This document shows positions 11,424 to 19,786 of a stretch of DNA of 25,291 bases, in pieces (position 1 is the stretch's first letter; the number at the start of each line of letters is the position of its first letter). Source of the stretch: Selaginella moellendorffii (taxonomy: Eukaryota; Plantae; Lycopodiophyta). Under the pieces are notes generated by a model, which saw only the letters and a list, made by a program, of their open reading frames with translations, made no database searches and was not told the origin of the DNA. A program made the position numbers and the translations under genes. The DNA lies in the NCBI RefSeq assembly GCF_000143415.4, contig NW_003314499.1, forward strand, positions 1-25,291, given 5' to 3'.

Positions 11424-14400
11424 AATGGCATGCGCGCACACACTATTTGTTTGTTCATTGAGCATGTGGTGAGCTTTCCAAGATGAATGTCATTCCTATT
11501 AGCCAGACATATAACTTAATGGTGAGAACATTTAGATATTATTCAATGTTATCTTTTTCTAACGAATCTAATTGTGAAGGTGTAGCAAGAGGCATTGCTA
11601 GTTTGGAGAAGTCATTTAACTCATTTGACCCTTAGTGTATTTTCATAAAACTAAATAACATTCATATTATTAAGGAATTTCTCTAGTACCTTTTTTTTAC
11701 GACATAGAGGCTTGCATTTCTTTCAAAGGTGATTTAGTAAAAGGCCTGAGGGCACATGCCATTCTATTTCTCAGACCGGTATTAAGATATACTAGTGCAA
11801 AAGGAAAAAGGTATTTGGTGATCAAGTAAATGGCATGAGGGCACACGCCATTATAAGCCTAAGCGCTAGTGGACACCTCCTTTTTGGTACTCTCAGCGGT
11901 ACTATCATCCTTCTCCGGGTCAGTTGTTTTGCTTTGGATTGTTGTCTCTAACGTTACTGGGGCATTCTCGATAATTGTTAATGTTGCCGTTTGTTCAGAA
12001 AAATGATCACCTGGAGTATAGTATGGGGAGTTTGGAAGACTTATATATTATACATCTTCACCTATCTCCTTCTCCGTCTCCTTTTCTGCCTCACTTACAG
12101 ATTTTGTGCTTGCCATGAGAACGCTCCTCACCCTAAAATATGGAGTTCGTTGTGTTATAAAAGGAAACCAACACACACGCTGCAAGGGAATGATGGTACA
12201 TAAAGCACGTAAGCCCACAATATGGGTTTATGTGCCATTAATATGGGCTACACGCCATATTATTAGATTTATGCACGTGTGATTGGTAAATGCATATGTC
12301 ACATCATCTTTGTTTTACCTCACACACTATATCAGGCCTAATGAACCATATCACATGTGCACACATGCTATATATATGGAGAAGTATTATGCAAGGATAG
12401 AAAAATTCAATGCATGATTGTGGAGAGCAATGGCATGAAGCCACATCCTAAATAACATTTTAGAGAAAGAATTAAAATAAAAACATGCAAACAGTACTGA
12501 GTGGACCAAGACTTAGAAGTGCACAATTGAATGAGGTATTTCTAATAAATATTTCACTCACCTCATATAGGAATGGCTACCACTCTCAAATGGCGTATCG
12601 CCTCATGCCATCACCTCGCAATTTGTTATAACAATCCGATGAATTCATATTCGGCTTGTTCACCTTGAACTTTAAGTAAGATTTGCTAGAACAACTAAGA
12701 ATTTATACTTGTTATTTGTATCATCTCACCTAGGAATGGCGTAAGGCCACATGCCATCACACCTCCTCTGATTCAGATTCGGATTGTTCACCTTGAAATA
12801 AAATACATTAGAAACTTAGTAAAGGAATATTAATGAATCTCACCTTGAACCCGGGTTATGAATGCTCTTGCTGCATCTCTTGCATGGTCTGGCAAGGTGA
12901 TGGTGGCACTCTGCTTCCGCATCCAACCATGCACAACATTATCCACCGATATGCTCATGCTGGGATCCCTTGGATTCAGCACCCATCTCTTTTCTAGGCA
13001 ATCCTTCGTATATTTGGAACTTGGCTTGAACCACTCCACAGTTACATTGAAGGAGTTAGTTTCCGCGTCCTCCTCTGCATCAGTGATGCAGCGCCCCACC
13101 CATATCATTTGTTTTTTATTACTGGGTCTGACAAGCACGACCATTCCTTTGCAGACCTGTACTGGATTGAATGCTGAATCCGGCTTCTTGTTCCTCGGCC
13201 CACAATAGTGATCCTCAACATCGTTATCTGTCACTGCATTTCCAGAGGACATTGTTCCGCTACTATCTGGTGCTCTGGGTTCTGGCCAAAAGGACTCTTC
13301 CAATTCTTCATATACAACCGGCCCATTTTGGATAGCAGATATAATCTTCTCCCAGTATTCGAGCAAAGGCTTGCACCTCTGAAAATAGGATTCTCCACCA
13401 AACACCAACCCCCTCTTCCAGAAGGCAATATGCTATCTAATCCCGGCCACTATACTTTCCTAGTCTTTGAGTCCATCCGGGTGCATCGGCCGTGGGGAAC
13501 CCTGAGGAATCATAGGTTCCCCAGTTATGGGATCTCTCTTGAAGAGTTCAATGCCGTCCACTGGCAGCCACATTGTGTCCCATTCTCTCATCTTGTACCT
13601 CATCACTGGAGCACCATCACGCATGCTGAAATGAAACTGAAGAGGCTTGGAGTGGCCAATCAGCGTTTCGGATCCGTCCCTGATGTAGCCTCTTACAAAC
13701 CCCTTAAAGTCTGGAACCTCTGTCACAAGTGCAGCTTCAACAGTGTCTTTGATGCAATTTTGGAATTCATCGTAGAGTTGTGGGAGGGTGAGGACATTGG
13801 ATCGCCGGAGGGACTCAGCCAGGTGACTGAACATGGCATCGACGTCTTCATGAGTGTGCCCAACCATGAGAAAGCCAAGTGTAACCGTTTCAAATATGCC
13901 TTTGGCAACAAGCATCGCCAAGTATGCGAAGACGTACATGTTTTTGTTCTCATTGCCAGCATTGTCTGTTTGGAGCAGAAGATGGGGTGAAAGGCCACAT
14001 TGGCCGCAAGAACTTCCTTGAGATTCTGCTTCGTTTGGATGAGGCTGTGCATTCACCGAGCGACCAGCCTCGTCAGAATGGCATGAGGCCTCACGTGATA
14101 ACCCTATAATCTGACGGCCAACATATTCATTGGGATGGCATGGGGCCCCACGCGATACTGCAAGCCTTTGCTCCTCCTCCAGCTGAACCCTGTATTTGCA
14201 TTAGGATTTGCATTATACTAGAAGTGTTACAGCATGTTATTGGAAGTCTACAAAGTTGTTTTATTAATAAGGGGAAAGTAAAGATTGAATGGGGACTTGG
14301 GCTCCACCTAGACTCGGAGCAACTGAGCCAATATTAAAAGGATGGAAAGAAATTGGACGACGATGACAAGGAGAAGAGAGAGGTGAAGCAGTGGCAGGGG

Positions 14401-14465
14401 GAGGAGAAGTGATTGAGTAGACATTTCCTTGTTTAAAATAAAATGGCATGTGCCTCAATGCAGTT
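11424..14465. repeat. Dispersed 24-bp palindromic repeat (consensus AATGGCATGAGGCCTCATGCCATT), confined to the DNA transposon
   Basis: Copies at 11424, 11740, 11829, 12429, 12589, 12735, 14077, 14134 and 14442; weaker ones near 12240 and 12350. Confidence 0.85.
12830..14189 (-). pseudogene. Sola/DUF7869-like DDD transposase, C-terminal portion; one reading frame broken by two TAG stops
   Basis: LLLQTDNAGNENKNMYVFAYLAMLVAKGIFETVTLGFLMVGHTHEDVDAMFS carries the DN..xNKN and GHT..D motifs. ORFs 13460-14056 and 12830-13408 are in the same frame, linked by *ESIVAGIR*HIAFWKRGL. The frame stays open upstream to a CTAAT...CAG acceptor-like site at 14190. The N-terminal part is absent. Confidence 0.8.
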
Positions 14466-14626
14466 GAATTTTGTTATATTTATATACTATATAAAGGTTT
14501 GGAAACTTTATTTTACAAGTGGGATAATGACAATTCCCACTTTAACGAAATAGAGCTTCTAGGGTTTTTGGGTTAATTAATATGCACATTTTCTGTATTT
14601 CTTTTTCATATTCCATGCACTCACAT

Positions 14627-14642
14627 TGGTGGAGATAAGGGG
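14627..14642 (+). promoter_or_regulatory. Primer-binding site, tRNA-Ala type
   Basis: TGGTGGAGATAAGGGG versus TGGTGGAGATGCGGGG, the complement of the plant tRNA-Ala 3' end as recalled (14/16). Lies immediately after the LTR-E terminal CA. Confidence 0.7.
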
Positions 14643-14780
14643 CACCTTTGATTGTCCCTGAGGAGTGCTTGGATTTGGGATTTTGGTTTAGATCTAGTTT
14701 TTTGCATTGTCTAGATCTACCATTTCCTTCTAGCTTTTTGTCATTTCTCTTCTTTTGCTCTTTCTTTTTTATTCATCTTC

Positions 14781-15004
14781 ATGGCAGATCAGCAATCTCC
14801 TCCTTTGACTCTGGAGTAGTAGTTGGTATAATTTCTTGATGCTATGTGCTTGCAATTGAACAACCAAACTCAGTTGATAATGGCATTCATGGCACGTGGT
14901 ACAACTCCTACTGCTGGTGCCAATCCATTAAACATCAAGTACAATAACCACTGATGGCATAGAATCCTTGTCTAGAAAGTTCACTAATGTTGGAATAAGA
15001 AACT
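14781..15004 (+). pseudogene. Probable decayed gag N-terminus of element E
   Basis: ATG about 140 nt after the PBS: MADQQSPPLTLE**LV*FLDAMCLQLNNQTQLIMAFMARG; the stops are explicable as CAG/CAA to TAG/TAA. The call is positional; no diagnostic motif is present. Confidence 0.45.
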
Positions 15005-15044
15005 TGTTAGGACTAGGAAAAGAGAAAAAAAAGGGAGAGGAGCT

Positions 15045-16858
15045 AAAGAAAGAGTGTTAGCATTAGCCATAAAACTCTCCGGGCAATGAACAACCTTGAA
15101 ATCATATATTTGAAGCTTTAAAATCTATCAAACAATACGATTAACCAAATTTTTCCACTTTAATAATGAAGTAAGTGTAACATATGTGGTTTTCACTCTT
15201 TTCTTTATAGTGATTAACCATAAGATAACCATGATGTGGAACTATATGCCATATGTCACATGCCACATGTCCAAAGATAACAAAGCAAAACCTGAGTTTT
15301 AAGGCCTTGGGCCACTAAATGAATGAACAAAGCTAAACTCCTAAGCATGGAGCCAAAAAGCGAAGGTACTAGTGACTCCTGAGTGTACAACCCAAGGAAC
15401 GAAGGGACAAGAGCATGGAACACCTTAGAATAGTTCTAAAGCATCTAGCATCCCAATGCCAAGACTAGCACACCAAATGGAGCTAAACAGAGTTTAGCAT
15501 TATTTCAACATACTAATGGCCTAATGTGAGGATATAGGTGCTCCACTAGCTAACATGGCATGGAACTTGGGCTTAGACCCAAGCTAGACATAGAACAAGA
15601 ACAAGCATACAAGCGAGAGCTAGATTGTGCCTCAGGTTAGTTGGTCATGCCCAATTTACACACTACCCCTACTATACATTTTTAGAACCCCCATAGGCCG
15701 CCCTATGAAGAATGCATGCTTTGGGCTTTCACCCTTAGCTATCCTTAGTACCAAGAGTTAAAATCTGGGACTAACTCATAACTTACTAAATATGGAATAG
15801 CGCTAGATTGCAAACTAACACAAGGTGCATGATAGCGAAAGTGTTTAGCAAACACGGTAAGCTATCATTTAGCAATATTAAGGGACTAATCTCAACACGC
15901 AAAGGTTTTTGTCAAGCTAATGTAAGACAGAACAAAAGAGAATTAAAAGCCAAGTTGAGTATGCTCAACAAGAAACATATAGGGGTTCCTACCTTATATC
16001 CATTTTGCTAAATACAAATGCTAAGTAAAGTTTATTAACACTTGAACAAAAGGGATTGATAAAGGGTCTAACAATACCAACCTCCTACCATCATGACAAT
16101 AAGGAAAGAATTCTAAAAGGACTAGCTAACAGGTAACTTTTGATACATGCAATCATATTCGCAAAAAGTAAATGTAGCATGACCACTTTTTAATAATGTT
16201 CAAGACCTATACAAATATGCATGAAGCTTCTCAAAACCCAAAACAGCTATGAAATACTCCTCTCTTATGGAGTAGTTCAAATCTATTTGTTATAATGTAT
16301 GGCTAATGTATGCAATGTTGTGCTTTTTTGCTTCAAACATCCCCAAGACTGATATAAAAAGCATCTATACACAAAATAAAAAGTAGAGTGTAGTCAAGAT
16401 ATGCCAAAATTGGAAGAATTATTAATAGCACTTTAGGATCCAAAATACCCATTTGCAATCCTTAGAATAGATGAAAGATAACGTTGATGACTTCAACAAT
16501 ATTCACAATGGTGCAGTATGATTAAAAAAATGATCCACAAATTGATTGAGATACTACTTACACTTTGTCTAGAAATGTTGTACATTATTCATACACTTTG
16601 GAGTAGGAAACTTCAGAATAACTATAAATTTATCAAGATCAACTTGCAAATCTTTACCAAAAATATAGTACTTAAGATAAATTGTATCCTTTGACTACTT
16701 CAACTTTAAACAAACTTCCCACTACCAATCCAATACTTTGTGAACATCACAGACATACTCCTCCCACGTCCCCTTCAAGTGGACCAAGATATTATCAATG
16801 AAGTTAATAGTCACTTTCAACATATCATAAAAAACTTTATCCATCATTTATTGGAAAA
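15045..16858 (-). pseudogene. Very old Ty3/gypsy RT-RNase H remnant (element F), interrupted by the solo LTR at 15176-16167
   Basis: Manual minus-strand translation: FIDNILVH (YxDD-like), FPTPKCMNNVQHF, FILCIDA (TDAS-like), LNYSIREE. Across the insertion it reads SGHATLTSLLKWKNLVNRIV**ILKLQIYDFKVVHCPESFMANANTLS (RNase H C-terminus). Not captured by the ORF track. Confidence 0.75.
15176..16167 (-). mobile_element. Solo LTR, LTR-A family (older copy), decayed TSD GTAAG/GTAAA
   Basis: gtaag|TGTAACATATGTGG...catattcgcaaaaa|gtaaa. Colinear with 4186-5265. Removing it restores the RNase H frame of element F. Confidence 0.88.
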
Positions 16859-17059
16859 TTGTTAGAGCATTAGGAGTCGAGCTCAGTGTCTCGCATAAGT
16901 TCAAGTTCTTTAGCAATGCCATGTTTCTAGGGCTATCGAGATCTAGGGATAAAGGGCTGTCAGTCAAGCTGGATTTACTATTGTGGAACTACTGTTACTC
17001 ATACAAGTGGGATCCACAACTCAATTATTTTAAAGCCGGATTCTGTGAAGCTGCTGAGT

Positions 17060-17550
17060 GAAGCTGCAATCTTTTGAAAAAAGAGATTGAAAGTCTAGAG
17101 GGAGTAGGTTTCAAGCTGAAGACTTCCTCAAATGTTGCTATTGATACTATTATGCCACCAATGTCAACACTAGACCAGCATACACGACCAGCTAGGAATG
17201 GGAAGGCTGTATAATATAAGTCTTCCATTTTGAAAGGTATGCAAGAAAAGATCAAGCTGGCAAACGAATTAAAGTGCACAATCACAAAGACAAATTACAT
17301 CAATGCTATGGTTAAAGAGTTTGTTGTTGTGATTGAGTTGTCAAAAGATATGAGCTACACTATTAGAATATACAAAAATCCATCTTGTACCTGTCCAGAT
17401 TTTACATAAATGGAGAACATTGGAAAGATATATTTAGCCTGCAAGCACATTTAATACCTTTATATGCAAGAACTAAACCAAGATCCTAAGATCAACCATC
17501 ACATCCACAAGCAAGCCTTACAATTGTGGAGCTTGAGAAGTGTTTTTAGA
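17060..17550 (+). pseudogene. Decayed SWIM zinc-finger protein fragment, probably derived from a DNA transposon (MULE/Zisupton-like)
   Basis: Manual translation: ...MSYTIRIYKNPSCTCPDFT*MENIGKIYLACKHI*YLY (CxC-xn-CxH), with internal TAA stops. Confidence 0.7.
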
Positions 17551-17930
17551 TTGCTTTTAATGTTTGGATCTATATTTATATTTGTATTTTATTGGTTGAA
17601 TTTACTTGGAAATATAGATTAAATCAAAATTGGAAAGATGAAAAAATGTTGGTTTAAGATGAGCCAATGTTTTTCTTGTGTTTGAGAAGTCGTAAGCTCA
17701 ACTCATAAGTTCAAAATCTACCTAAGCTAGATCCTAGGAGGAGATGAGAGTAGTGACTTGAAGGGGAGTTTACAAGCCACTCACTATGTTACTAAATTTG
17801 GTGCAAACAAAGAGTCAGTTGTAATTGATATCAAGGGATCTTTGACTGACTAAGCAATCACCTTCTTCTTTCCTTTTGCTCGGGTGGTTGTAGTTTGTTG
17901 CTGTTGTCTATAAATGTCCTTGGCTACCAA

Positions 17931-18120
17931 TATAAGGCTTTGACCATGTGGTCAACATTGGTCAAAGGGAGGCTAAAAGGTATATTAAGGCATGTTAGGA
18001 CTTAACCTACCCTAGGGCTCATAGTGGAATGGCAGTATAGTGGAGCTTTGGAGGTAGCTCGGGGGTGGTTGGGTGGTGAGGAACCTCAAGAAGTGGCATA
18101 GCATGGTCTAGGGAGACTAA
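17931..18120 (+). repeat. LTR-C 5' fragment (element C2)
   Basis: High identity to 3060-3262; fused directly to integrase sequence. Confidence 0.88.
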
Positions 18121-18980
18121 ACCTCAATTTTTATTGGAGGAATATGAAAATTGATATCCTCAAGTATTGTAAATCATGCAAGCTTTGTCAGCAGGTTAAG
18201 GTGCCATGGGAGAAGCTGGGGGGGATTTTTGCAACTTTTACCTATTCCGTAGAGCAGTTGGTGTAGTATCTCTATGGATTTCATCACTTGTTTGCTACAA
18301 ACACAAAGGCAAAAAGAGCAAGGATGGGTCATAGTGGATTAGTTGACGAAGTATATGCCATTGTTGGCTCTTCAGAAGATTATCACTACTTTAGACTTGG
18401 TTGCGGTTTATTTGGAGAAGGTTTTTTCCTGATTTTGGTTTCTCGAAGGACATTATTAGTGATCAAGTTTCAAAGTTCACCAGTGGATTTTGGAAGAGCT
18501 TTACAAAGGCTATGCAAGTGACTTTGAAACTCTCGAGTGGAGATAATCCTTAAACGGATGGGCAAACTGAATGTGTAAATCAGGTGGTGGAGGATATGTT
18601 ACATTGTAGCATTAGTCAAAAGCCAGGATAGTGAGTTCTTTATCTTCCATTGGTGCAATTTGCTTACAATAATAGCCAATACAGTGGAACCAAGCTAAGT
18701 CCTTACTTTGCCATGTTTGGAAGGCATCCCCAAACAGTGGTGGAGTTGGGATTGGATTTGAGTAAGGAAATTCAAGATAAGCTTGATTTTGAGGCGACTA
18801 ATTTGGCCACAGAACTTGATGAGATTCTGGTGGTGTGCAAATGGAATTTGTAGGCAGCTTAGGATAGAGCAGAGAAGTTTGCTAATGAGCATCATTAATT
18901 CAGAGAATATAAAGTGGGTGATCTCATCTTTGTGCGAGTGATCTTTTCATCAAGTGAGCGGCGGAACACCTTACTGCCTT
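18121..18980 (+). pseudogene. Decayed Ty3/gypsy integrase (element C2): zinc-binding end plus core, cut by an insertion at 18981
   Basis: FYWRNMKIDILKYCKSCKLCQQVK, ISMDFIT, DGQTECVNQVVED, VQFAYNNSQYSGTKLSPYFAMFGRHP. Colinear with 2371-2767 until gcctt|TGTTGGG. Confidence 0.9.
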
Positions 18981-19167
18981 TGTTGGGGGAAGGAGGGGTG
19001 CTTCCCCCAAGGCTCGCTTAAACACGAGAAATGCTTCAACGCCCTTTGCAAAATGCCCCCCCTTGCCCTTGTGGGGCAAGGGTTTTATACAAAGAAGATG
19101 GGGAATATTTTGAGAACTAGAATATTCCCTCTCTCTCTTTCACTCTCTCGGTGGCCATGCCCTAACA
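18981..19167 (-). repeat. Putative short LTR (LTR-D), TGTTGGG...CCCTAACA
   Basis: Starts exactly where C2 homology stops. Has a terminal inverted repeat and a minus-strand TATAAAA at 19083-19089. No clear PPT, PBS or TSD beside 19167, so the inner boundary is uncertain. Confidence 0.5.
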
Positions 19168-19719
19168 TGCAACCACGGTGGATCGTGCTCACTCCAGATG
19201 CGTGAGAACTGTCTGAAGAGTGTAGAGTGTACCTCTGCTACTGATGGGTTTAGGGTGCTAGTAGCTACGTGAAATAGTAGAAACTCTAGAAAACAAAGTG
19301 GAAAAGAAAGAAAAGAGGTAAGTGTGAAGTTTGGAGACAGGGAGGAAAACCCGGTGGGAAATCTTGTAGTCAAACAGGACCCTGAAGTTGAAGAAAAGTG
19401 TAGAAAAAGTGTGAAAATAGAAGGAAAATAAAGGAAAAAGAGTGAGCACCCAAAGAACTTAACCTATACCTGGATTTTGGCTCAGGAAAGTGTAATATGC
19501 AAATGTAGCCTTTTGATGACTTCTGGTATGCTCCAAGGATAGGCTGAAATTGAGAAAGAAAGAGAGGTAGAAGAGAGGATCTGTTGCCCAAGGGTGGTAA
19601 GTGTGGAAATGATGAAAGATGGAGTGATATGGTGGAGCACCAAGATGGTGGTGGCACTCTGAAAAGGTGGCCATTGATAACCATTGGCCTGTAGAGTAAG
19701 CGCTGACCACTGGGAGTAG

Positions 19720-19786
19720 CTGGTAACTCGTAACTGGTAACCAGTAACCAGTAACTGGGGACTTGTAACCTGTACCCAGTAACCAC
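19720..19786. repeat. Degenerate 7-bp tandem repeat (GTAACNN)n
   Basis: ggtaactcgtaactggtaaccagtaaccagtaactgg...gtaacctgtacccagtaacc, located where element D integrase homology ends. Confidence 0.8.

Larger units (their letters stand above)
11199..14558 (-). mobile_element. DNA transposon, Sola/DUF7869-like internal-deletion derivative (3360 bp); 24-bp perfect TIRs and 4-bp TSD CTAG
   Basis: ctag|AAGCTCTATTTCGTTAAAGTGGGA (11199-11222) ... TCCCACTTTAACGAAATAGAGCTT (14535-14558)|ctag. Encloses a transposase-like frame. A 4-bp TSD fits the Sola superfamily. Confidence 0.88.
11086..14625 (+). repeat. Short 5' LTR (LTR-E, about 176 bp after removing the DNA transposon), split into 11086-11198 and 14563-14625
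   Basis: Termini TGTGAGGGC...GCACTCACA (8/9 inverted match), TATA-like CCTATATATAAG at 11183-11194, and a PBS 1 nt after the terminal CA. Confidence 0.75.

Noticed and set aside
11424-12758. CRISPR-like array of 24-bp palindromic repeats
   Set aside because: Spacing is irregular (about 90-600 bp), the repeats are degenerate, there are no cas-like ORFs, and the context is a eukaryotic transposon.
13208-13990. 260-aa + strand ORF as a second gene
   Set aside because: It is antisense to the transposase frame and has no recognisable motif; treated as a shadow ORF.
11196-14561. Academ-like TAG...CTA termini for the DNA transposon
   Set aside because: That parsing leaves no TSD (aagc vs gggt). 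CTAG as a 4-bp TSD fits and restores a coherent empty site.
14590-14860. Minus-strand LINE ORF1/ORF2 junction
   Set aside because: Better explained on the + strand as LTR end, PBS, pyrimidine-rich leader and gag start.
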